From a candidate division WOR-3 bacterium (GTDB lineage: Bacteria > Hydrothermota > Tepidihabitantia > B3-TA06): a stretch of DNA of 64,000 bases. This document shows positions 50,916 to 60,252 of the stretch, piece by piece. The notes under the pieces were generated by a model. It did no database searches and was not told the DNA's origin. It saw nothing but the letters and a program-made list of their open reading frames with translations. The position numbers and the translations under genes are program-made. The DNA lies in contig CBFGKC010000005.1 in the NCBI GenBank assembly GCA_965649265.1, positions 96,001 through 160,000 of the forward strand. Reading direction: 5' to 3'. Each line of letters begins with the position of its first letter. Position 1 is the stretch's first letter.

Positions 50916-51520
50916 AAGTCATAATCGAAGAAGTCATCCCTGCCCGGCTCGCGGAGTACGCCTCGATCCCGATGACCCTCGAAGTGCGCTCCATCCTCGC
51001 AGTCGAGGATGTCGAGAAGGGACTCGGAGGATTGAGGCTTCGTGAGGAGAAGGTCGAGAAACCGTACGTCAAGGACTACGATTCCTACGAGGACCTCTAC
51101 TCGAATGAAGCGGAGGGATGCGGCCCGGAGAGCTGGGCCGTGCAGTTCGACATCTCGAACTGGGGTCTCTTCATCGCGTTTGACGGGGAAAGCCCTGTTG
51201 GAGCCGCCGCCGTGGCATGGAACACCGCGGGGGTAAACATGCTCGAGGGAAGAACGGACATCGCCGTGCTTTGGGACATCCGCGTTCACCCTCGCTCGAA
51301 AGGCCAGGGTGTCGGTGCCGCACTCTTCGATCACGCCGTCCGCTGGGCGCGCACGAGGGGCTGCAAACTCTTGAAGATCGAAACCCAGAACGTGAACGTC
51401 CCGGCCTGTCGTTTCTATATCAAGCTGGGCTGTCATCTCGGTCAAATAAACCGCTACGGGTATTACGGTCACCCCCAGGTCTCGAACGAGGTGATGCTCA
51501 TCTGGTATCTTGACTTATGA
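50912..51520 (+). CDS. GNAT acetyltransferase (streptothricin acetyltransferase-like)
   Basis: DIRVHP..KGQGVG and ETQNVNVPACRFY motifs. Confidence 0.8.
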   Translation: MKVIIEEVIPARLAEYASIPMTLEVRSILAVEDVEKGLGGLRLREEKVEKPYVKDYDSYEDLYSNEAEGCGPESWAVQFDISNWGLFIAFDGESPVGAAAVAWNTAGVNMLEGRTDIAVLWDIRVHPRSKGQGVGAALFDHAVRWARTRGCKLLKIETQNVNVPACRFYIKLGCHLGQINRYGYYGHPQVSNEVMLIWYLDL

Positions 51521-52329
51521 CAAAACTCGTGCTTCTAGGAACTGGTACCCCAAATGCCGAGGCCGACCGTTTCGGCCCCGCGCTCGCAGTCGTGTCGAAC
51601 GAGCGTCCCTACATCGTCGATTTCGGGGCCGGGGTCGTACACAGAACGATTGAAGCGGGCCTCGATCCCAAAACGCTCACCCGCGCGTTTCTGACGCATC
51701 TTCATTCCGATCACACGGTGGGTTATCCGGACCTCCTTCTCACTCCCTGGGTGCTCGGCCGCACGGAGCCTTTAAAGGTCTACGGACCGCCGGGTCTAAA
51801 ACAGCTTACCGAACACACCCTTGCCGCCTACTCTGAGGATATTAGGGAACGCTCGGAAGGCCTTCAGCCCTCCAACGAAACGGGGTGGAAGGCCGAAGCT
51901 CATGAAATAAGGGAACCAGGCGAGATATACGAGGATGAAAACGTAGCGGTCGAAGCGGTCGCGGTCAAACACGGCTCGTGGCGGGCTTACGGATACAAAT
52001 TCACGACCAAGGACAGGAAGATAGTGATATCGTCGGATACCGCGCCGAGCGAGGGACTGATCGAGGCGGCAAAGGGCTGCGACATTCTCGTTCACGAGGT
52101 GTATTCGCTGGCCGGTTTTGCCCGCCGCTCAGAGGATTGGCAGCGCTACCACTCGAGCGTGCATACCTCCTCCCTCGAGCTGGCCGATATAGCGTCGAGG
52201 ACTAGACCCGGGCTTCTGGTGCTCTATCACCAGTTGTTCTGGGGTACGACTGAGGAGAAATTGCTGGCCGAGATATCCGAGCACTACGACGGCAAGGTGG
52301 TATCGGGCAGGGACCTAGACGTCTTCTGA
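51517..52329 (+). CDS. MBL-fold metallohydrolase (RNase Z/AtsA-like)
   Basis: LLGTG, THLHSDH, SSDT and LVHE motifs. Confidence 0.85.
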   Translation: MTKLVLLGTGTPNAEADRFGPALAVVSNERPYIVDFGAGVVHRTIEAGLDPKTLTRAFLTHLHSDHTVGYPDLLLTPWVLGRTEPLKVYGPPGLKQLTEHTLAAYSEDIRERSEGLQPSNETGWKAEAHEIREPGEIYEDENVAVEAVAVKHGSWRAYGYKFTTKDRKIVISSDTAPSEGLIEAAKGCDILVHEVYSLAGFARRSEDWQRYHSSVHTSSLELADIASRTRPGLLVLYHQLFWGTTEEKLLAEISEHYDGKVVSGRDLDVF

Positions 52330-52454
52330 CCCGGATTTCGTGATGCGATGACTTCTATACCCCCGGGGTTGTGAGTGAGTGGGAAGTCTAATTGACAGTA
52401 TGGAACCCCGGAGTAAACTCCTTAAATCTTTAGTGCAGAAAATCCGGAGGTCAA

Positions 52455-53018
52455 ATGGATGCAATGGAAGCGATCCTCTCTCGCAAAAGCATAAGGAAGT
52501 TTCTTCCCAAGAAGATTCCCAGGGAAACGATTAAAAAGATACTCGAGGCCGGCATACGCGCACCCTCGGGCGGCAACCGCCAGCCCTGGCGCTTCATAGT
52601 AGTCACGGACAGAAAGAAGATAAAGAAATTCGACCCCTACGCTCACCAGCCGTGGGTGGAGGGGGCTCCGGCGGTGATTGTCGCATGCGCCAACCCTCAC
52701 GACACATGGGAGCGCTACAACGAAAACGAGCAGTGCTACATTCTTGATACGTCCGCGGCAATAGAGAACATGCTGCTTGCCATACATGCACTGGGGCTCG
52801 GCGCGGTATGGTGTCTGACTTGCAGCAAGCGTGATATTCGCAAACTTCTTGCGATCCCGCCGGGCTGGCAGATAATCTCCATAATACCTTTCGGCTACTA
52901 CGATATGAAAGATTCGGTAACGGCATACGGAAAGACCGAGAAGAACAGCCAGATGAGACCGAGGAAGCCACTCAAGGAAGTCGCATTCATCAACGGGCCG
53001 GATACGCCGTTCGAATAA
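52455..53018 (+). CDS. Nitroreductase family protein
   Basis: RKSIRKF, APSGGNRQPW and LGLGAVW motifs; promoter TTGACA-N16-TAAACT at 52392-52419. Confidence 0.9.
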   Translation: MDAMEAILSRKSIRKFLPKKIPRETIKKILEAGIRAPSGGNRQPWRFIVVTDRKKIKKFDPYAHQPWVEGAPAVIVACANPHDTWERYNENEQCYILDTSAAIENMLLAIHALGLGAVWCLTCSKRDIRKLLAIPPGWQIISIIPFGYYDMKDSVTAYGKTEKNSQMRPRKPLKEVAFINGPDTPFE

Positions 53019-53044
53019 AAATGCAAGTCTTTTAGGAGAATCGG

Positions 53045-53539
53045 TTGGAGTTTTGCATACCTTTCTTCGCAATCCTTGTCCTGGCGGCACTTCCAGTCGG
53101 AATCATCCTCCTATTCGCAGGCATAAAGGCCGCCCAGAGAAGACGGTTTCAGTCCGGGATCATTAAATCCAGATCATCTGAACTCTCCCACGGCTCCTGG
53201 TTTCCAGTTCGTTACGCCTCAGAACGCAAGTACAAGCGCTGGCTGAAGTTTTTCCCGTGGGAAACATCCGGAATCATCCATGCGTATGAGAATCGCCTAA
53301 CTATCTATCTTGAGAAACTTAACGGTCAAAAGAACTTCACCATATCCCTAGATTCCAACACGATCAGGATAGGTTGGGCGGGCACCGAGGCATTTCGAAA
53401 CGGCGTGACTTCGTGGCTTATCATCGAGACCGGGTTCGAGAGACACTATATTACCTCCGAAACAGGTATGTTTGTGTTCAACTCGAATTCCTCGACCCGC
53501 AAGATGTACGACGAGCTTGCAAGATTCCTAAACGTGTAG
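53045..53539 (+). CDS. Hypothetical membrane-anchored protein
   Basis: N-terminal TM; weak TTG start. Confidence 0.55.
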   Translation: MEFCIPFFAILVLAALPVGIILLFAGIKAAQRRRFQSGIIKSRSSELSHGSWFPVRYASERKYKRWLKFFPWETSGIIHAYENRLTIYLEKLNGQKNFTISLDSNTIRIGWAGTEAFRNGVTSWLIIETGFERHYITSETGMFVFNSNSSTRKMYDELARFLNV

Positions 53540-53612
53540 CTTGTTGCTGTGAGAAACGAACAATTGAAATTCCCTTGGACCAGCCAGGCAGGACCGGGGT
53601 CTGCGACATTGT

Positions 53613-54302
53613 ATGTCCCCTATTTCTGAAGGGATAGGCTCTCTTAACGAGAGCACCCTCCATGCGGCCGTAAAGGAATGGTACTCGAGACCGGGCGACA
53701 GGTTCGAGGTAAAAATCGAGGGCTCGATCATCGATATCGTTCGTGGACCGCAACTTATAGAAATCCAGACGTCCAACTTTGCCGCGCTCCGCAAGAAACT
53801 CGCAAAACTTATCGACCGGCACCCGATAAGGGTCGTGTACCCCCTCCCCATCTCGCGGCGGCTCGTTAGCGTCTCGCCGAAAGGAGTCGTGCTGGGCAGC
53901 CGCAAGTCGCCTAAAAAAGGCAACTTGCTCGACATGTTCGAGGAGCTTTTGCGCATCCCCGAGCTCATAAATCACCCAAACTTCACACTTGAGGTGCTTA
54001 CGTGCAGCATCGAGGAGGTTCGAACCGCGGACGGCAAGGGCAGCCGGTGGCGCAAGGGTGTGAGCATCAAGGACCGGCGACTCGTAGAAGTCTTTGATTC
54101 ATACACGTTTACGCGCAGTCAGGACTTTCTTCGCTTTCTGCCTGACAGTCTCGAAAGCCCCTTCACCAACAAGGCATTCGCCCTCGCGCTTGGGATACAA
54201 GTGTCCGAAGCATCGAGAGTTACGTACACCCTCCGACGTATGGGCGTGCTCACCGTCGCGGGTAAGTTTCGCTATGAGGTGCTTTACGAGGTAACCATTT
54301 AG
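53613..54302 (+). CDS. Putative PD-(D/E)XK nuclease-like protein with C-terminal wHTH
   Basis: ESTLH..K..Y..EV..IIDI..IEIQT pattern. Confidence 0.6.
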   Translation: MSPISEGIGSLNESTLHAAVKEWYSRPGDRFEVKIEGSIIDIVRGPQLIEIQTSNFAALRKKLAKLIDRHPIRVVYPLPISRRLVSVSPKGVVLGSRKSPKKGNLLDMFEELLRIPELINHPNFTLEVLTCSIEEVRTADGKGSRWRKGVSIKDRRLVEVFDSYTFTRSQDFLRFLPDSLESPFTNKAFALALGIQVSEASRVTYTLRRMGVLTVAGKFRYEVLYEVTI

Positions 54303-54672
54303 CCCCAAGAAAATGCGGAGCATTTTCTTGGGGTTAAAAAAGCTGGACAAAAGTGGGACAAAAGATGGTCAAAAGATGGACATTTCGGGCAAAAAAGGGG
54401 GGGATTTTCGTGAAAAAAAAGTTGGACAAACGGGGTCCCCGAGAAATTGCGCAGCGATTTTTTGGGGCAGAAAAAGTTGGTCAAAAGATGGACAAAACAG
54501 TTTTTTTGAGGATCAAAATGGGATGATTTTTTTGCTTTTTAAGGGGAAACGAGGCGGTTAAGCTTCCCCTCACCCTACCCTCCCCACCAAGGGGAGGGAA
54601 TCAATTGTGTCCCCCTCCCCGGTGGACAGCGTGCCCCTTGGGGTGCCTGCACCCCATAGGGTAGGGGGGAGG
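54303..54672. repeat. Composite palindromic repeat region (inverted copy of parts of 40422-41085)
   Basis: Direct sequence match; includes hairpins at 54303-54334 and 54432-54467. Confidence 0.8.
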
Positions 54673-54731
54673 AGGTATTCAAAACATCAGTTTTTGGATT
54701 ATTATTTTAAGAAAGAGAATCGAGCAAGGTC

Positions 54732-54760
54732 TTGACAAGGTAAACAAAAGTGATTATAAT
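54732..54760 (+). promoter_or_regulatory. sigma70 promoter TTGACA-N17-TATAAT
   Basis: Perfect hexamers followed by a GAGGAGG RBS. Confidence 0.7.
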
Positions 54761-54775
54761 TATGAGGAGGATGAT

Positions 54776-55621
54776 ATGGTCAGCAAAAGTGTTATAACCG
54801 ACATTGGGCCTTGGAGTGAAATCAAGCTTGATATAATTAGAAAATATACTCAGGCTTACGCTAGGATTTTAGCAAATCAACCAAATTTGAACCACGTCTA
54901 CATCGATGCATTTGCAGGGGCTGGAAGACATCTCTCTCGGACCACAAACGAAATTGTTGATGGCTCTCCTAAGGTTGTATTAGACATAGAACCCCATTTC
55001 AAGGAATATTACTTCATAGACCTCAAAAAAGAGAAGGTGGAAGAATTAAAAAAAATTGCTGAAGAGAGAAAACCTACACAGTCAATCCATGTCTACGAGG
55101 GGGATTGTAATGAAAAGCTAAAAGAGATTTTTCCTGAAGTTAAGTATGAAGATTATCGGAGAGGTTTGTGTCTCCTTGATCCATACGGTCTTCACCTTAA
55201 TTGGGAGTTGATACAGATTGCTGGTCAAATGAGATCCATTGAGATATTTTTGAATTTCCCGGTATATGACATGAACCTTAATGCATTATGGAAGAAACCA
55301 GAAAAGCTAGACGAAAATCGAAAACTGCGTATGAACAGATTTTGGGGTGATGAAAGTTGGCAAGAGGTTGTCTATAGACCAAAACGTCAGCAAAATTTAT
55401 TTACTGAAGGCTTAGAAGAAAAAATAGATAACGCAACCGAGGCTATAGTAGAAGCATTTCATGAAAGATTGCTTAAAATCGCAGGATTCCCATATGTTCC
55501 GGAACCTATTCCAATGAGGAATACAAAGGGTAACATACTATACTTCATCTACTTTGCATCCCATAAGGAAGTCGGTTATAATATAGCAAAAGGAGTATTC
55601 AAAAAGGCTATGGTAGTCTGA
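54776..55621 (+). CDS. tcmP: Three-Cys-motif partner protein (methyltransferase-like)
   Basis: WSEIKL, YIDAFAGAG, DGSP, GDCN and LDPYG motifs; AT-rich. Confidence 0.85.
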   Translation: MVSKSVITDIGPWSEIKLDIIRKYTQAYARILANQPNLNHVYIDAFAGAGRHLSRTTNEIVDGSPKVVLDIEPHFKEYYFIDLKKEKVEELKKIAEERKPTQSIHVYEGDCNEKLKEIFPEVKYEDYRRGLCLLDPYGLHLNWELIQIAGQMRSIEIFLNFPVYDMNLNALWKKPEKLDENRKLRMNRFWGDESWQEVVYRPKRQQNLFTEGLEEKIDNATEAIVEAFHERLLKIAGFPYVPEPIPMRNTKGNILYFIYFASHKEVGYNIAKGVFKKAMVV

Positions 55622-55622
55622 G

Positions 55623-56357
55623 ATGGTAGATAAATCCTCAATCGAATGGACGGAGTCAACGTGGAACCCGGTTACGGGCTGCACCAAGATAAGCGCGGGG
55701 TGCGCAAACTGCTACGCCGAGCGCATGGCAAAGCGTCTCCACGCGATGGGCATGCACGCCTACCACAACGGGTTCAAGGTCACAACCCACCCCCACCTCA
55801 TCAACGCGCCCTTGGCGTGGCGCAGGCCGCGGCTCGTCTTCGTCAATTCGATGAGCGATCTCTTTCACGAGGATGTCCCACTCGACTGCATCACGGAAAT
55901 CTTCAACGTCATGTGCCGCGCCAGTCAGCATACGTTCCAGATTCTCACGAAAAGGGCCGAAAGACTTCGGGAATTGAGCCCGAGCCTTTGCTGGTCCGCT
56001 AACATATGGATGGGAGTCACGGTTGAGGACCAGAGCTGCGTCCACCGCATCCAGAGCCTTCGCTCCACACAAGCAAAGGTAAAGTTCCTCTCTCTGGAGC
56101 CGCTTCTGGGTCCGCTGCCGAAGCTCGATCTTGCGGGCATCGACTGGGTCATTGTGGGCGGCGAGTCGGGCCCCAATTCGCGCGTGATGCGCCGGGAGTG
56201 GGTGCTCGATATCCTTGCCCAGTGTACGAAGGCCGGGGTTTCCTTCTTCTTCAAGCAGTGGGGCGGCACGAACAAGAAGAAATCGGGCAGGCTTCTCGAC
56301 GGCCGCACCTGGGACCAGATGCCCCAAATAGAGACCCCGCTTCCGGTCGAAGCCTAG
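55623..56357 (+). CDS. DUF5131 (phage Gp37/Gp68) family protein
   Basis: SIEWT..TWNPVTGCTKISAGCANCYA, SMSDLFH, GGESG and FFFKQWGG motifs. Confidence 0.92.
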   Translation: MVDKSSIEWTESTWNPVTGCTKISAGCANCYAERMAKRLHAMGMHAYHNGFKVTTHPHLINAPLAWRRPRLVFVNSMSDLFHEDVPLDCITEIFNVMCRASQHTFQILTKRAERLRELSPSLCWSANIWMGVTVEDQSCVHRIQSLRSTQAKVKFLSLEPLLGPLPKLDLAGIDWVIVGGESGPNSRVMRREWVLDILAQCTKAGVSFFFKQWGGTNKKKSGRLLDGRTWDQMPQIETPLPVEA

Positions 56358-56528
56358 CACCCCCCACCCCTGGTCTGGGACGTTCAGTTTTACGCGTTCA
56401 AATCCCCGGTGTTTTGTGAAGAAATAGTTCTCCACCCCGGCCGAGCGAGCCGGTAAACTGGGACTTGACAAACATCATATTCAGTGTATACTTATGTATA
56501 CTCAAAATTAAAACCTGGAGGAGCTATT

Positions 56529-57491
56529 ATGGCCAAGATGTTGGAAAACCTTGACTACAGCTGCAAGTGGGTTTCTGAACTCGGATGCATCAAGGGATGT
56601 CTGGATCATCTGGGAATCAGCGCGTCCGACGCGTGGGTGTACGGCGCATCCGGGCACGCGTTCATCATCAACATGCACGACGAGATGTGCCCTTCGGGTC
56701 CCACCGCGTGGAACTCGGAAGGGATGCTCAAGCTTGTCGAGAACGTCGGCTGCACAATAGAGGGCATGCATTCGCATAAGGGGGCGCCTGACTTCGCAGA
56801 AAAGAAAAAGAAGGCGTGGGAGTTCACCAAACAAGCCATCGACGCTGGATTCCCCTGCTTCGGCTGGGAGCTTGCCATTCCGGAATACTACGTCGTCTAC
56901 GGCTATGACGACGACCACTACCTATTCAAAGGACCGGCCATGAATCCCGAAACCAGGCCGAGACCCTGGCAGGAACTCGGCGAGGCCGAGACCGGCGCCC
57001 TCTACATGTCTTCGGTAAAACCCGGCCGGGCAAAGAGCGATGCCGACGTAGTGAAGGAGGCCCTTGCGTTCGCGGTCGAGCATGCCCGGGACCCCAAAAA
57101 GTGGACGTTCCCGAAATACACGACCGGACCCGGAGCCTTTGACAACTGGGCCAGGGCGCTCGAATCGGAGGAGGCCTCGGGATTCGGTGCCGCCTACAAC
57201 GCCCAGGTCTGGCACGAGTGCCGGCACCTGGCGGTCGAATTCCTCAAGGAGGCAAAGGAACGTCTCTCGAACCCCGCGCTCGATCCTCTGTTCGACGAGG
57301 CAGTGGGATACTATGAGGTTGTCCGCGACAAGCTCAAGGAGGTTGCAGGACTGTTCCCGTTCCTCGAGTTCGACCCCGGCCACATCAAGGACGCTTCTCG
57401 CCGCGAGAAGGCCGCCGCCGCGATCAAACGGTGCCGTGAGGCCGAGTCCGAAGGACTCGAGACGTTGGAGAAGATCGCAAAGGCGCTCTGA
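56529..57491 (+). CDS. Hypothetical protein (BtrH-N/papain-like fold suspected)
   Basis: GGAGG RBS; SGHAF..CPSG and YVVYGYD; promoter TTGACA-N16-TATACT at 56465-56492. Confidence 0.6.
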   Translation: MAKMLENLDYSCKWVSELGCIKGCLDHLGISASDAWVYGASGHAFIINMHDEMCPSGPTAWNSEGMLKLVENVGCTIEGMHSHKGAPDFAEKKKKAWEFTKQAIDAGFPCFGWELAIPEYYVVYGYDDDHYLFKGPAMNPETRPRPWQELGEAETGALYMSSVKPGRAKSDADVVKEALAFAVEHARDPKKWTFPKYTTGPGAFDNWARALESEEASGFGAAYNAQVWHECRHLAVEFLKEAKERLSNPALDPLFDEAVGYYEVVRDKLKEVAGLFPFLEFDPGHIKDASRREKAAAAIKRCREAESEGLETLEKIAKAL

Positions 57492-57561
57492 ATCATGTTA
57501 CCGCTGTGAGGGTGTAGCGAGGTAGAGCGGGAAAAACGCGTTATAACGAAAAAGGAGATAC

Positions 57562-58515
57562 ATGAAAGGTCTTCTTTCCGGAATGTGTTTTGTTATGCTT
57601 CTCAGCGCCGGGCTTAATGCCCAGGATACTATTAACTCGAATCCGTCAGACGAAAGGAATGCAATGCTCGAATACTACACCTCCCAGGGTCCAATGACAG
57701 ACCCCGGCAAATACGCGGCGCTGTATGAGGGCCTGCCCGACGACGTCGGCGGACTGGTCAAGGTCGTGCAAGGCGCATTCATTCACGTCTTCTGGGCACG
57801 CGCCTACGGCGTCGAATTGACCCAGGAAAAGGCGGCCTCCATCGGCATCCGCACCATTGAAGGCAAGCTGGCCGAAATCGAGGCGCAGGACAAACGCCCT
57901 CTATCCCAGTCGCGCGAGCCGGACAAGCGGCTTGTGGCCAACTGCAGGGACTACTCGCTGCTACTCTGCTCGTTCCTGAGACATAAGGGAATACCGGCAC
58001 GGCCGAGGTGCGGGTTCGCGAGCTACTTTCAGCCCGGCGTGCACATGGATCACTGGATTTGCGAGTACTGGAACGCTCGAGAAGAGCGCTGGGTGCGCGT
58101 GGACGCGCAGCTCGACAGCGTCCAGATTTCCGCCCTCGGCATCGAATTCGATCCGCTTGACTTGCCTGAAGGTGCATTCCTTACCGGCGGCGAAGCCTGG
58201 GCGCTCTGCCGTGCGGGCAAGCTCGACCCCGACAAATGCGGGTTCTTCGATCCCCCCGACCTCAAAGGCATGTGGTTCATCCGCGGCGACATGATTCGTG
58301 ACTTCATGGCCTTAAACAAGGTCGAGATTCTTCCATGGGACTCGAATGACTCAGGACTCTCAGGGATTGCGGATGAAAAACTTACCGAAAGCGATTACGC
58401 CATGCTGGACAAGATCGCTTCTCTGACCGCCGAAGGCGACAGCGCGTTCGGTGATATCCGGGAGCTCTATGAATCCGCTCCGACACTCAGGATGCCCGAA
58501 GGCTGGACCCCGTAA
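57562..58515 (+). CDS. Secreted transglutaminase-like protein
   Basis: Signal peptide; CRDYS, GIPAR.RCGF, DHWICE and VDAQ triad motifs. Confidence 0.8.
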   Translation: MKGLLSGMCFVMLLSAGLNAQDTINSNPSDERNAMLEYYTSQGPMTDPGKYAALYEGLPDDVGGLVKVVQGAFIHVFWARAYGVELTQEKAASIGIRTIEGKLAEIEAQDKRPLSQSREPDKRLVANCRDYSLLLCSFLRHKGIPARPRCGFASYFQPGVHMDHWICEYWNAREERWVRVDAQLDSVQISALGIEFDPLDLPEGAFLTGGEAWALCRAGKLDPDKCGFFDPPDLKGMWFIRGDMIRDFMALNKVEILPWDSNDSGLSGIADEKLTESDYAMLDKIASLTAEGDSAFGDIRELYESAPTLRMPEGWTP

Positions 58516-58570
58516 CACCCGTAACACCCGTAACACCCGCAACACCCGTAACCCCGTAACCCTGCGGGGT
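58508..58570 (+). repeat. Tandem 9-mer (CCCGTAACA)n overlapping a stop codon
   Basis: Six degenerate units followed by CCTGCGGGG. Confidence 0.85.
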
Positions 58571-58759
58571 AGGGTCTGACCCTTGAAATGAGCTTGCATT
58601 TCAGAAGTCAGGGTCCACCCCTTGAGATATGGCTATATCCCATAGGGCGTTCTTATATGCAGCTTCCGTCTAAGGAAATAACGCCCGTAACCGTCCCCCC
58701 CCCCCGTGGCAGGCAATGAAGACATGAACGGGCATTCGAAACGTAAGAAAGGAAAGAAT

Positions 58760-59701
58760 GTGAAATGGACTTTCTACGTATTGGGTCTCATGTTTTTTTT
58801 CACAGGACTCAAAGCCCAGGGATCTGATACGACAAGTCCGACAACCGAAAGGAGTGCCATGCTCGAGTATTACACAACACAGGGTGTAATTACAGACCCC
58901 GGGAAGTACGAGGATTTGTACAAAGAACTGCCTGATGATGTACATGGGCTGGTGCAAGTCGTTACAGGCCTCTTGCTGCACGAAGCCCACCTCGCGGCGT
59001 ATAAAGTCGAACTCACCGAGGAAAGAAAGAGCGAGTTGCAGCTGCGAAGAGTCGAGGATATGCTCGGGAAGATAATGACCCTGGACGAGCAACCGCTCGT
59101 TACCCCCCGGGAACCCGGAAAGCGGTTGATCGTAGACTGCAGGCACTTTACCGTTCTTGCCTGCTCATTTCTGAGATACAAAGGCATACCTGCAAGGGCA
59201 AGATGCGGCTTCGGGGGCTACTTCCAACCCGGGATATACTCCGATCACTGGATATGTGAGTACTGGGACAGCACCCGGAACCGCTGGATAAAACTCGATG
59301 CGGTGTTCAACGAAGCGATCGCAAAGGAATTTCCGGTGAACGTCTACGATCTGCCGCAAGGTGCCTTCCTTACGGGCGGTGAGGCCTGGAAACTCTGCCG
59401 CGCCGGTAAGCTGGACCCCGACAAATGCGGTTTTTTCGATCCCCCGCATCTTAAAGGAATGTGGTTTATCAGGGATGATATGATCCGCGACTTCATGGCT
59501 CTAAACAAGGTGGAGCTTCTCCCCTGGGACTGCAACGAAGTCATGGGTTACTCCTCGGATAAACCTCTGTCTGAAACGGAGTTCAAAATTTGGGATGAGC
59601 TGGCGGAGCTGACGGCATCGGTGGATGAGCGGTTTGAAGATGTACGAAGCCGTTACGAGTCCGATTCGAGCCTGCGAATGCCTGCGGATTGGAACCCTTA
59701 A
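58760..59701 (+). CDS. Secreted transglutaminase-like protein (paralog of 57562-58515)
   Basis: GTG start; CRHF, DHWICE and LDA motifs. Confidence 0.8.
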   Translation: MKWTFYVLGLMFFFTGLKAQGSDTTSPTTERSAMLEYYTTQGVITDPGKYEDLYKELPDDVHGLVQVVTGLLLHEAHLAAYKVELTEERKSELQLRRVEDMLGKIMTLDEQPLVTPREPGKRLIVDCRHFTVLACSFLRYKGIPARARCGFGGYFQPGIYSDHWICEYWDSTRNRWIKLDAVFNEAIAKEFPVNVYDLPQGAFLTGGEAWKLCRAGKLDPDKCGFFDPPHLKGMWFIRDDMIRDFMALNKVELLPWDCNEVMGYSSDKPLSETEFKIWDELAELTASVDERFEDVRSRYESDSSLRMPADWNP

Positions 59702-59777
59702 CACCACCCGTGACCGCCCTCCTCCCCGGTAACGCCATGACGCAGCGACAAAGAATCCCCAAGCAGAAGGAGATGGA

Positions 59778-60203
59778 ATGGATCAAACGGATAAGCACGA
59801 GCGAATGAACCGGCTTCTCGGGCAGGCCAGGGAAACGAACGGAGAAGCAAGACGCGCTGAGATTCTCCAGGAACGCGGCCGCCTGTGCATCAACGAAACG
59901 TGGATTAAAAAGGCGAAGGCCGCTGCAAAGGCCGCAAGGAATGACGGGGAGTTTCTCGATAACCTGGGAAAGGTCTACCGGTTCCTCAAGCGGGAGCCAG
60001 GCAAGGTCTACGTCGTTTATCCGAAGTGCTACTGTCATCTCAAGAAGGAGTTCGGCGGCGATGTTCCGCATTGGTACTGCGACTGCACCGTCGGCTGGAC
60101 TAAGGAGATGTTCGAGCAAGCGCTCTCGAGGCCGGTCGAAGTAATTCTCGAATCATCCGTCATCCGCGGCGGCAAGGAGTGCAGGCTTAGGGTAATGCTG
60201 TGA
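59778..60203 (+). CDS. DUF6144-like Cys-containing protein
   Basis: YPKCYC..YCDCTVG..SVIRGGKEC. Confidence 0.7.
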   Translation: MDQTDKHERMNRLLGQARETNGEARRAEILQERGRLCINETWIKKAKAAAKAARNDGEFLDNLGKVYRFLKREPGKVYVVYPKCYCHLKKEFGGDVPHWYCDCTVGWTKEMFEQALSRPVEVILESSVIRGGKECRLRVML

Positions 60204-60252
60204 TTTTTCAACCCGACTTGCGATTCGACCGCCCGCCGGCGGCCCCTCCCCC

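Noticed and set aside
49207-53539. Integron cassette array (run of GNAT/detox genes)
   Set aside because: The genes overlap or abut, with no RYYYAAC..GTTRRRY attC sites and no integrase.
58571-58625. GGGTCTGACCC-like palindromes
   Set aside because: Only one degenerate pair in the window; too little to define a family.
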